DNA from: a bacterium
GTDB lineage: Bacteria > Bacillota > Clostridia > Oscillospirales > CAG-272
NCBI GenBank assembly: GCA_963642885.1
Contig: CAVIJI010000008.1
Span: 14,873 to 78,872, forward strand
Length of the DNA: 64,000 bases
Direction of reading: 5' to 3'
Positions 21,019-30,253 of this stretch are shown in pieces (the first letter of the stretch is position 1; each line of letters begins with the position of its first letter). The translations under genes and the position numbers were made by a program. The notes below the pieces were generated by a model. It saw only the letters and a list, made by a program, of their open reading frames with translations. It was not told the DNA's origin and made no database searches.

Positions 21019-22262
21019 CACTCCTTTCGCCGAAACCGCACGGTACAATCAGTGCTATCGCTTCAAAATCGTATGCACACAGAATACTTATCTGTGCTGC
21101 TCTTGCCGATAAACAAACCATTATAAAATGCTCTTCACGTTTGAGTGATGATATTGAAGCAACTGTATCATGTCTACGCTCACTCGGAACCGCGATCGAT
21201 TGTACCGACGAAGGATTTATTGTAACACCGATAAAAACAGCTCCGACCGAAGCTATCCTTCACCCTCGTGAATCGGGTTCGACTTTACGCTTTCTGATTC
21301 CGATTGCCGCGGCTCTCGGAACCGAAACCGAATTCGTAACGGAAGGAAGACTTTCGTCTCGTCCTCTCTCGCCTCTCACAGATGAGCTTGAGAAACACGG
21401 TGCGCGATTTACATCGAACCCATTAAAAATCAAAGGCAAAATCACACCGGGCACATATACCATGAACGGTTCCGTCTCATCTCAATTCACGACGGGATTA
21501 ATGCTTTCCCTCTCCTATTTCGACACGAAAAGTGTTATAATATTGGAAGGAAATATCGAGTCGAAACCTTATATCGACTTAACAATACAGGTGCTTGCGT
21601 CATTCGGTGTAATTGTTTCCGAAGAAGAACATGCTTACACCGTGTGCGGCAAACCACGTTCGCCTTCGATTACAGCTGTTGAAGGTGACTGGTCAAACGC
21701 GGCGTTCATGCTTGCCATGGGTACCATTGCGGACAACACACACAATGACGGAATAACCGTTACGGGTTTAAACACGGCATCGGCTCAAGGTGACCGTAAA
21801 ATAGTCGATATTCTTTCCGAATTCGGAGCGAATGTGGCAATCGGCAACAGCAGTGTTACCGTGAAAAAATCAAAGCTTCACGGTATTGAGCTGAACGCAT
21901 CGGATATACCCGATCTCGTACCGATAATGTCGATTGTGGCCATGTCAGCCGAGGGAGACACCGTTATACGGAATTGCGGAAGACTCAGGTTCAAGGAAAG
22001 TGACAGAATCGAATCTATATGTGAGATGATAACAGCTTTCGGAGGAAACATTTCGGTAAATAACGATGTAATAACGATCCGCGGCGGAATAACCGAAAGA
22101 AACAATATCGTCATAGACTCATTCAACGACCACCGAATTGTTATGGCGGCGGCAGCAGGTTCAATACTCGCCGATTCACCCGTTACAATTAAAAATTGTG
22201 AAGCGGTTTCGAAATCATATCCGAGCTTTTTCGATGACTTCGGAAAGCTCTGTATTAATTGA
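21009..22262 (+). CDS. aroA: 3-phosphoshikimate 1-carboxyvinyltransferase (EPSP synthase)
   Basis: 417 aa. SKSYAHRILICAAL, GSTLRFL, and the DHRIVMAAA C-terminal motif. Overlaps the aroB stop by 10 nt. Confidence 0.92.
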   Translation: MEITLLSPKPHGTISAIASKSYAHRILICAALADKQTIIKCSSRLSDDIEATVSCLRSLGTAIDCTDEGFIVTPIKTAPTEAILHPRESGSTLRFLIPIAAALGTETEFVTEGRLSSRPLSPLTDELEKHGARFTSNPLKIKGKITPGTYTMNGSVSSQFTTGLMLSLSYFDTKSVIILEGNIESKPYIDLTIQVLASFGVIVSEEEHAYTVCGKPRSPSITAVEGDWSNAAFMLAMGTIADNTHNDGITVTGLNTASAQGDRKIVDILSEFGANVAIGNSSVTVKKSKLHGIELNASDIPDLVPIMSIVAMSAEGDTVIRNCGRLRFKESDRIESICEMITAFGGNISVNNDVITIRGGITERNNIVIDSFNDHRIVMAAAAGSILADSPVTIKNCEAVSKSYPSFFDDFGKLCIN

Positions 22263-22338
22263 AAGCATAGTTTCTTCGATTTTCAACCTTGAAATCAGTG
22301 TAAATTAATTTATTCTGCGTATCCTACAGGAGGATTAT

Positions 22339-23433
22339 ATGACATCGTACGGAAAAAACATTAAAATAGAGGTTTTCGGCGGGTCTCATGACCCCGAGAT
22401 AGGTGCAACAGTATGCGGAATCCCCGCGAATATATCGGTTGACACCGACAAGCTTCTGACTTTTATGCAAAGGCGAGCTCCCGGACAGGGTAAATATTCA
22501 ACAACACGCAAGGAAAGTGATATTCCGATATTTATAAGCGGTCTGGACGGTAATAACATTACTACCGGTGAAACACTCAAAATCATCATAAAAAACGAGG
22601 ATGCGCATTCCGATGAATACCTGAAAATCGTCTCTAAGCCACGTCCGTCACACGCCGATTATCCCGCGATAATCAAATCGGAAGGAAAAGCGGATCTTCG
22701 CGGAGGCGGTCATTTTTCCGGTAGACTGACGGCTCCTATATGTGCTGTCGGAGGCATACTCAAGAATGAGCTCGAAAAGCGCGGTATTTATATTTGCGCT
22801 CATATTGAATCCATAGGAAGCGCTCTTGATTACCGTTTTGATCCCGTAGATGTGTGCCTTGACGATTTCAACACCGTTCTCTCGAACAGTCTTCCTGTTC
22901 TCAATTCAAAATCAGCCGATAACATGCTGAAAATCATAGACGGGGCGAAAATGCAGCAGGATTCCGTAGGCGGAGTTATCGAATGTGCCGTCATAGGATT
23001 ACCTGTGGGTCTCGGTGAGCATATGTTCTGCGGTATGGAGTCGCGTATTTCCGCCGCGATGTTTTCGATTCCCGCAGTAAAGGGAATCGAATTCGGAGCG
23101 GGCTTCGCTTCCACAGATATGTACGGCTCGGAAAATAACGATCCATTCTACTATAACAACGGTGTTGTTCGCACAAAGACCAATAACTGCGGCGGAATTC
23201 TCGGAGGAATGACAGACGGTATGCCTCTCATATTCCGATGCGCCGTAAAACCGACACCCTCGATAGGACTGCAGCAGGAAACAGTCGATCTCACAACACA
23301 CGAAAATACCGTAATAAGCGTAGAAGGACGTCATGATCCGTGTATTGTTCCGCGCGCGGTACCCGTTGTGGAAGCTATGTGCGCGGCGGCAATATTCGAC
23401 ACGATGCTTGATAACGGAGAAACAGAAAAATAA
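22339..23433 (+). CDS. aroC: Chorismate synthase
   Basis: 364 aa. GGSHDPEIG, RPSHAD and GGGHFSGR motifs. Confidence 0.92.
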   Translation: MTSYGKNIKIEVFGGSHDPEIGATVCGIPANISVDTDKLLTFMQRRAPGQGKYSTTRKESDIPIFISGLDGNNITTGETLKIIIKNEDAHSDEYLKIVSKPRPSHADYPAIIKSEGKADLRGGGHFSGRLTAPICAVGGILKNELEKRGIYICAHIESIGSALDYRFDPVDVCLDDFNTVLSNSLPVLNSKSADNMLKIIDGAKMQQDSVGGVIECAVIGLPVGLGEHMFCGMESRISAAMFSIPAVKGIEFGAGFASTDMYGSENNDPFYYNNGVVRTKTNNCGGILGGMTDGMPLIFRCAVKPTPSIGLQQETVDLTTHENTVISVEGRHDPCIVPRAVPVVEAMCAAAIFDTMLDNGETEK

Positions 23434-23452
23434 TCTGAGGTTATCGATAATA

Positions 23453-24697
23453 ATGAAAGAATCAAACGAACTAAGATGCGGTCTTATAGGCAAACCGCTC
23501 GGACACAGTTATTCACCGCAAATACATTCACACCTCGGCGATTATGAATACCGGCTTATAGAGCTTGACGAAGACGATGTCGGCACATTCATAAAAGCAG
23601 GTGATTACGATGCTCTGAATGTAACAATCCCATATAAGAAAACAGTCATGCGGTATCTTGACGTTATATCACCCGAAGCTTTGAGAATCGGCTCGGTTAA
23701 TACCGTAACTCACATGCGGGATGGCAGGCTCAAAGGTGACAACACAGATTACTACGGTTTTTCTTACATGATTGACAAAGGCGAAATTAATATCGGCGGT
23801 AAAAAAGTGCTTATTCTCGGCAGCGGCGGAGCTTCTATGACCGCACGCACGGTAGCGGCTGACAGAGATGCGAGAGAGGTTGTAATCATCTCCCGTCACG
23901 GTAAGGATAACTACGACAACATTGCCGTTCATTTCGACTGTGATATTATTATCAACACCACTCCCGTGGGAATGTTTCCGAACAACGGTGATTCTCCGGT
24001 ATCTCTCGACTGTTTTCCGAACTTGTGCGGTGTTGTCGACATGATATACAATCCTTCGAAAACCGCTCTGATTTTGGAAGCCGAAGAAAAAGGTATACCG
24101 TGTATTTCGGGATTGTGCATGCTTGTCGCTCAGGCAAAAGCAGCATCAGAGCTTTTTACGGGACGAAAAATCGAAAACGAAATCATAGACAAAATTACAT
24201 CTTTGATTGAATTCGAGACAAAAAATATCACGCTGATCGGGATGCCGGGTGTCGGTAAAACAACAAACGGCAAATTAATCGCCGAAAAGCTCAATCGTAA
24301 ATTCATAGATATTGACGAGGAAATCGTAAAGCGAAGCGGTACGACGATTCCGCTGATATTCTCGGAGCACGGAGAAGAATATTTCAGAAATATCGAGCAC
24401 AATGTCCTCGCTGAGTACTCTAAAATGTCGGGATTGGTAATTTCATGCGGCGGAGGCGTGGTCACACGCCACGACAACTGCAACCTAATAAAGGAAAACA
24501 GTACCGTAGTTTTTCTCAGGCGTGATGTCTCCTCCCTGCCGAAGGAAGGAAGACCTGTTTCTCTCGCAAATGATCTGCAGTCTCTGTATGCAAAACGTCT
24601 TCCGTTATATATGTACGCGGCAGATGTGATATATGATATATACGGAGATTCCGATACTACATCCGATGATATAATCGATATTTTAAAGAAGCGCTGA
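23453..24697 (+). CDS. aroE/aroK: Bifunctional shikimate dehydrogenase / shikimate kinase fusion
   Basis: Start moved from 23333, which overlaps aroC, to ATG 23453. N-terminal AroE (GLIGKPLGHSYSPQIH, NVTIPYK, GSGGAS). C-terminal AroK with Walker A GMPGVGKTT and DIDEEI. Confidence 0.85.
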   Translation: MKESNELRCGLIGKPLGHSYSPQIHSHLGDYEYRLIELDEDDVGTFIKAGDYDALNVTIPYKKTVMRYLDVISPEALRIGSVNTVTHMRDGRLKGDNTDYYGFSYMIDKGEINIGGKKVLILGSGGASMTARTVAADRDAREVVIISRHGKDNYDNIAVHFDCDIIINTTPVGMFPNNGDSPVSLDCFPNLCGVVDMIYNPSKTALILEAEEKGIPCISGLCMLVAQAKAASELFTGRKIENEIIDKITSLIEFETKNITLIGMPGVGKTTNGKLIAEKLNRKFIDIDEEIVKRSGTTIPLIFSEHGEEYFRNIEHNVLAEYSKMSGLVISCGGGVVTRHDNCNLIKENSTVVFLRRDVSSLPKEGRPVSLANDLQSLYAKRLPLYMYAADVIYDIYGDSDTTSDDIIDILKKR

Positions 24698-24718
24698 CTC
24701 AGTGAGGATAATGCAACA

Positions 24719-25156
24719 ATGAAATTACTTATAATAAACGGTCCGAACATAAATATGCTCGGGATAAGAGAGCCTGATATATACGGAAAGCAGGATTACA
24801 ATACCCTGCTATCGTTAGTGGACAAAACCTGCTCCGAAAACAATATCGAATATGAATGCTATCAATCGAATCACGAAGGTGACATTGTCGATAAAATACA
24901 AGCGGCATACAACAGATTCGACGGAATAGTCATAAATCCCGCGGCGTATACCCACACAAGTGTTGCTATACTCGATGCATTAAAAGCGGTAAATATTCCG
25001 ACTGTCGAGGTACATATTTCCGATGTCAACAATCGAGAACAGTTTCGTCGGATTTCTTATGTTTCTCTTGCGGCCGAGAAAACCATTTCGGGACACGGAA
25101 TCGAAGGATATTCGGAAGCGATAATATGGCTGAAGGATTATATTTCGCGGTTATGA
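24719..25156 (+). CDS. aroQ: Type II 3-dehydroquinate dehydratase
   Basis: 145 aa. LIINGPNINMLGIREPDIYG...QSNHEGDIVDKIQ...VINPAAYTHTSVAI. Confidence 0.93.
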   Translation: MKLLIINGPNINMLGIREPDIYGKQDYNTLLSLVDKTCSENNIEYECYQSNHEGDIVDKIQAAYNRFDGIVINPAAYTHTSVAILDALKAVNIPTVEVHISDVNNREQFRRISYVSLAAEKTISGHGIEGYSEAIIWLKDYISRL

Positions 25157-25189
25157 TTAACTGCCGGCAATAAACACACCATCGAACGA

Positions 25190-25237
25190 AAACAAACTCA
25201 AGGTAATGTGTTAACATGACTTTGAGTTTGTTTTTTT
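25190..25237 (+). terminator. Terminator of the aro operon
   Basis: AAACAAACTCAA / TTGAGTTTGTTT hairpin followed by T7. Confidence 0.85.
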
Positions 25238-25547
25238 ACGGTATCATTTTGTCTCATCGATATCACACGGCATCAAATCGTGCTTTTTTGCGGATATTAC
25301 CAAATTGTCAGTTCGCAAAATTCTTAATAATGACACAAAATAACTACAATAGACAATATGTACAAAAATGACTGTTATTTTTGTATTACTAAAAATGAAT
25401 AAATTTATGTTGTTCACAATTATATAATATATTTTTAAAATAATTCATGTTATAATAATCGTTGATAACTATGTATTTGAGCAAAGCAAAGGAGGAAGGC
25501 AGATTTTGAGCTGCGAGTATGCGGTTTGAATACTGTCGTTTTCAGTT

Positions 25548-27818
25548 TTGGAAAAAATATTCGAATACCTAAAAAGAAGCCTGACAATCGCATGGAAAAG
25601 CGTATTTTTTAATTTTAAACAGTATTTTTGCTTCTTCATGGCGATAATCATTGTTCAGGTACTCTACGGAATGATGTCGGTATCGGCGGATAACAACAAC
25701 AATGTCGAATACCAGCATGTTATGGAAGAATACAACTATCATATGGTGCTCAAGGGATTGAATGAAGACCAAGCCCGCTACCTTATTAAAGACGAGGGAA
25801 CGGTATTCAAGAGCGATGTGATATTCGAAGTCGTCTCTTCCGAACAATACGTTAACTCACTCACAGGCGAGAACAGATATGATGTGTATCTGTACTTCAC
25901 AGGCGACCTTGACCAGTGCATGAAGAGGTTCGAAAAGAGCTATCAGCCCGATTTAGCCGCTCTCGGTGATGCGGACAGAACGTTCACAAAAGCTACGACA
26001 CCTCTTATGACTTTCTCGAAAAATATTGCCGCCAATACGACAACATTTGTCTTTGTAACGATAATACTTCTTGCCGTATCGATATTCCTGCTTACATCAC
26101 TGTACAATATCAGGATTAACCAGTACAAATTCCAGTACGGTATATATCTTACATTCGGTGCCGATTTCAAAATGCTCTTCTCCACCGCATTTTGGGAGCT
26201 GTTTGTTATATTCGTTGTTACGTTTATTCCGTCTCTCGGAATCTCCACACTTATCTCGTATCTGATGTACAGCGCTTCGGGTTACGGATTTATATTCAAC
26301 GGCCTGTCGATACTGAAAATATTCCTGTTTACTTTGATTGTAATACTCGCTTCGGTATGGACACCTATGAAGATTATGTCCGTGAAGGACCCTATGTCCC
26401 TTATCATTACGGAAGATAACTCCAACCTTGTAACATCCCCTATGCGTTCTTTCAATATTTTTGCGGAAAAGTTCCCCGTAAAGTACGAATTCTATTCGAT
26501 TTGGCGTTTCAGAAAGTACAATATACAGCTTCTCAGCACTGCTATCGTATTCTGTGCACTGTTTATCATGGGACTCTACATGGCGGACATCTACACTACG
26601 GACTTATATTACCCTCGTCCTCAGTTCGAGGTTAACCTCTCGGAATCCGGCTTTGAATATGATGAGCTTATGAGCACAGAGCTTTATAATATGAGCGGTG
26701 TAAATGCGGTTGAGATCAACGATAACTCCACGGAAGCCTACGAAAATGCTTCTCACATGATAGTAGAGAAGAAAAACGTACGTGCATTTAAAAATCTCGT
26801 TAATTATGCGGGAACCGAGTTTGACACAGGCGACAAGAACTGGCGTGTATCAAGCGACATTGTCTACAAGGCCATGACCGCCGAGCAGGTGCGTATCCTC
26901 GAGGATTATGATTACGAAGGAGATGTCACGAGCGTTCTTCAGCCGGGTTATGTTGTTATAGGCGACTCCATATCAAACGTCCCGACATATAAGTTTAATG
27001 TCGGAGATAAGATATATATTTCCGTTAAGACAGGCCAAATCAAATCTGTCGATTCGAATGTAACAGGACGTTCTCTTCTGAAAAACCAGATTGATTTCTT
27101 CCATTACGAATACCATGAATTCACAATCGGCGCGATAATCTATGATATTCCCTCCGGATCCACTCCCATATTCATGAATTTCGACGATTACTACACAATC
27201 ACGGGAAAAGTTCCGAAAGCCACATCATTCAATGTTTATGTCGAAAAGGATATAACAACAGAAGAAGTTAACGCACTGTATTCCGAAATCAGAAGCTGGA
27301 GCCATACTTACGGTGATGTTAAGGTATCCAACAAGGATATTACATTGACCAACGCTATCGCAGCAGATAAGCACTATAATGAGCTTTATATCTGTATTTC
27401 TCTGCTTATTCTTCTCATTTCTCCTCTGGTATGGTTCTTCTCACAGACACTTTACTACACAAAGAGAGAAAAGGAATTCAATATCCTTCAATCAATCGGT
27501 GCTATACAGAAGGAAATCAAACAGATTTATCTGCAGGGCGGCTTGTGTATGGCTGTAATGTCGCTGTTCGTTTCGATAATACTCAGCTATGCGGGCAGCT
27601 ATATCCTCTTCTACATCTACAATGTAGTTATGCCGTATTTCACCGGCGAAAATGTCCGTTATGTGTTCTATATGCCATGGTATGCTATCCTTACAAGCAT
27701 CGTTATGTCTGTGGCATGCGGATTCTTCTCTACATACCTCCCGTACAGAAGCTATTACAAGAGCCGCTACTCACTTCAGAACGGCGGAGCGGGCGCCGAA
27801 TATTCCGGAGAAGAATAA
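25548..27818 (+). CDS. FtsX-family (MacB/BceB-like) ABC transporter permease with large extracytoplasmic domain
   Basis: 756 aa. Hydrophobic clusters at about residues 20-50, 160-290 and 610-740, around a soluble segment of about 300 aa. Followed by a MacB/LolD-type ATPase. TTG start without an obvious RBS, so the start is uncertain. Confidence 0.7.
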   Translation: MEKIFEYLKRSLTIAWKSVFFNFKQYFCFFMAIIIVQVLYGMMSVSADNNNNVEYQHVMEEYNYHMVLKGLNEDQARYLIKDEGTVFKSDVIFEVVSSEQYVNSLTGENRYDVYLYFTGDLDQCMKRFEKSYQPDLAALGDADRTFTKATTPLMTFSKNIAANTTTFVFVTIILLAVSIFLLTSLYNIRINQYKFQYGIYLTFGADFKMLFSTAFWELFVIFVVTFIPSLGISTLISYLMYSASGYGFIFNGLSILKIFLFTLIVILASVWTPMKIMSVKDPMSLIITEDNSNLVTSPMRSFNIFAEKFPVKYEFYSIWRFRKYNIQLLSTAIVFCALFIMGLYMADIYTTDLYYPRPQFEVNLSESGFEYDELMSTELYNMSGVNAVEINDNSTEAYENASHMIVEKKNVRAFKNLVNYAGTEFDTGDKNWRVSSDIVYKAMTAEQVRILEDYDYEGDVTSVLQPGYVVIGDSISNVPTYKFNVGDKIYISVKTGQIKSVDSNVTGRSLLKNQIDFFHYEYHEFTIGAIIYDIPSGSTPIFMNFDDYYTITGKVPKATSFNVYVEKDITTEEVNALYSEIRSWSHTYGDVKVSNKDITLTNAIAADKHYNELYICISLLILLISPLVWFFSQTLYYTKREKEFNILQSIGAIQKEIKQIYLQGGLCMAVMSLFVSIILSYAGSYILFYIYNVVMPYFTGENVRYVFYMPWYAILTSIVMSVACGFFSTYLPYRSYYKSRYSLQNGGAGAEYSGEE

Positions 27819-27968
27819 TATCATCCTCAATGTGATTATGTCTTCTTCAGATAGTTCGGTACAAAGATTTTCGTCACAGACGATACAGACGAACTAATCG
27901 AAATTTTCAATTTAAATTTAATTCTTACAAATCATCCAATGATTATGTGAAAGGTCAGGATTATAAAA

Positions 27969-28700
27969 ATGGCTGATACAATAGAATACATGCTGCAAAC
28001 CGAAAGCGTTATTAAACAATATAAGCAATACGATACGGTTATCACAGCCGTAAACAGAGTAAGCATTAAAGTCGAGCCCGGTGAGTTCGTTGCGATCATA
28101 GGTACATCGGGTTCAGGTAAATCTACGTTCCTTCATATATGTGCGGGCCTTGATTCAGCCGATGCGGGAAGAGTATTGATTCGCGGTCAGGATATCACAA
28201 AGATGTCAGCAGATGAACTCAGCCGTTTCCGCGGCATGAATATGGGATTCATCTTTCAGAGACATAACCTTATTCCGCAGTTCACCGCACTTGAAAACAT
28301 ACTCATCCCGACCATGATGTGCAACAAGTCCGAGCTTTCATATCAGGAAACGCTTCGACGCCTGGTTGAAACATTGCAGCTGACAGAACGACTCAATCAC
28401 CTGCCGTCAGAGCTTTCCGGCGGTCAGCAGCAGAGAGTTGCCATTGCAAGAGCTCTTATTAATATGCCCGATATAGTATTTGCGGATGAGCCTACAGGAA
28501 ACCTCGACAGAAACAATGCCGATGAAGTTTTAAAGCTTCTTCTCAAAACAAGAGAAGAAATGGGACAGACGCTTATCATGGTAACACATGACTTATCCAT
28601 AGCGGATCATGCGGACCGTATCTTCCGCATGGACAACGGTATTCTTTCGCTTGAAAGAGACTATATCGGCGGAACAAAGCGTACAATCAACGGTTATTAA
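27969..28700 (+). CDS. ABC transporter ATP-binding protein (MacB/LolD/FtsE type)
   Basis: 243 aa. GTSGSGKST, LSGGQQQRVAIARAL and FADEPTGNLD motifs. Confidence 0.9.
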   Translation: MADTIEYMLQTESVIKQYKQYDTVITAVNRVSIKVEPGEFVAIIGTSGSGKSTFLHICAGLDSADAGRVLIRGQDITKMSADELSRFRGMNMGFIFQRHNLIPQFTALENILIPTMMCNKSELSYQETLRRLVETLQLTERLNHLPSELSGGQQQRVAIARALINMPDIVFADEPTGNLDRNNADEVLKLLLKTREEMGQTLIMVTHDLSIADHADRIFRMDNGILSLERDYIGGTKRTINGY

Positions 28701-28712
28701 TTCCATATAAAG

Positions 28713-28757
28713 ACTCCGTATGTCTCGATATAATGAGAGATATGGAGTTTTTCTTGT
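28713..28757 (+). terminator. Terminator after the ABC ATPase gene
   Basis: ACTCCGTATGTCTC...GAGAGATATGGAGT hairpin followed by T5. Confidence 0.65.
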
Positions 28758-28796
28758 AAATCAATACAACAATTCAAAAACACAAGGAATCGCACA

Positions 28797-30197
28797 ATGA
28801 AATCATCATCAAAATCAGTCTATGTTTGCAGCGAATGTGATTACCAGAGCTCGAAGTGGTTGGGTAAATGTCCGAGCTGCGGAGCTTGGAATACATTCGT
28901 CGAAGAAACATATCAGGTTTCACCTAAATCGAGCTTATCAAAGAGTGCATCGGGTACTGTTAAGCTTGACAGAAATTACGAGCACGCTCAAAAATTCGGT
29001 GAATTTACTATGCCTGATTATCTGCGGCACAGTACCGGCATAAGTGAGCTTGACCGTGTGCTCGGCGGAGGTATGGTCGAAGGATCGGTAGTATTACTTG
29101 CGGGTGAGCCGGGTATAGGCAAGTCCACATTACTTATGCAGTTATGCGGTCAGATCGGTAATTCATGTAACGTATTATATGTTTCCGGTGAAGAATCAAA
29201 AGTCCAGCTTAAGATGCGTGCAGACCGTTTAGGCGTAAACGCAGAATTCGTATATGTTCTTACCGCGACTGACATTTCGGAAATTACCGCAGAATTCGAT
29301 AGACTCAAACCTGACGTTATGATTGTTGACTCGATTCAAACCATATATACAGAGACATCTTCTTCGATGAGCGGAAGTGTCACGCAGGTTCGGGAATGTG
29401 CTTCGATTCTTATAGAACGTGCGAAAAGCAACGGTACATCGATAATAATTGTCGGACACGTCAATAAGGAAGGCGGTATTGCCGGACCTAAGGTACTTGA
29501 ACACATGGTTGACGCTGTGTTGTACTTCGAAGGTGACCGACGCCAGCCTCACCGAATAATTCGTGCTATAAAAAATCGTTTCGGTTCGACTAATGAAATC
29601 GGAGTTTTCGAAATGTGCGAGGACGGTCTCGAAGAGGTCGCAAATCCGTCGGCTATGCTTCTCGAAGGCAGACCTATAGGTGTCAGCGGAAGCTGTGCCG
29701 TATGTATAATGGAAGGAAGCCGCCCGCTTATCGCGGAAATACAGGCTCTCGTTACACCCACGGTATTTCCCTCCCCCAGACGAACATCCAACGGTATAGA
29801 CTATAATCGCATGTGTCTGCTTCTTGCCGTACTTGAAAAGAGACTCGGACTGAAATTTTCTGCTTGCGATGTTTATCTTAATGTAATAGGCGGCTTAAAG
29901 CTTGATGAACCATCGATAGATGCCGCTGCTTGCCTGGCTATGATATCCTCACTCAGAGATATACCTGTACCCGATAATGTAATTGCTTTCGGTGAGGTGG
30001 GTCTTTCGGGAGAATTCCGTTCTGTCGCTTCAATTGAGCAGAGAGTAAATGAAGCATATCGTTTAGGTTTTACGAAGATAGCACTGCCTAAACGTTCACA
30101 TCTCAAAAATATTCCGGACGGAGTAGAGCTCGTTCACTTGGGAGGCATATACGATGCTTTGAGGCTTCTCTCCGAAGATAAAAAATCAAGCACTTGA
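28797..30197 (+). CDS. radA: DNA repair protein RadA/Sms
   Basis: 466 aa. Zinc ribbon CSECDYQSSKWLGKCPSCGAWN, Walker A GEPGIGKST, KNRFG motif and a Lon-like C-terminus. Confidence 0.94.
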   Translation: MKSSSKSVYVCSECDYQSSKWLGKCPSCGAWNTFVEETYQVSPKSSLSKSASGTVKLDRNYEHAQKFGEFTMPDYLRHSTGISELDRVLGGGMVEGSVVLLAGEPGIGKSTLLMQLCGQIGNSCNVLYVSGEESKVQLKMRADRLGVNAEFVYVLTATDISEITAEFDRLKPDVMIVDSIQTIYTETSSSMSGSVTQVRECASILIERAKSNGTSIIIVGHVNKEGGIAGPKVLEHMVDAVLYFEGDRRQPHRIIRAIKNRFGSTNEIGVFEMCEDGLEEVANPSAMLLEGRPIGVSGSCAVCIMEGSRPLIAEIQALVTPTVFPSPRRTSNGIDYNRMCLLLAVLEKRLGLKFSACDVYLNVIGGLKLDEPSIDAAACLAMISSLRDIPVPDNVIAFGEVGLSGEFRSVASIEQRVNEAYRLGFTKIALPKRSHLKNIPDGVELVHLGGIYDALRLLSEDKKSST

Positions 30198-30222
30198 CAA
30201 AAATATTAAAATGTTGTAGAAT
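30194..30222 (+). promoter_or_regulatory. Promoter of hisS
   Basis: TTGACA (30194-30199), 17-nt spacer, TAGAAT (30217-30222). Overlaps the radA stop. Confidence 0.65.
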
Positions 30223-30253
30223 GTATTATTAAATCATCAAAGGAAACATTACA

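Noticed and set aside
25506-25529. In-frame TGA between a strong RBS and the permease ORF, considered as evidence of an alternative genetic code (TGA read as sense).
   Set aside because: TGA clearly terminates other well-defined genes here; aroQ, for example, ends ...TCG CGG TTA TGA at 25154-25156. Conserved proteins also show no internal TGA. Recoding of the genome is therefore not supported, and only a local uORF or sequencing error remains (see findings).
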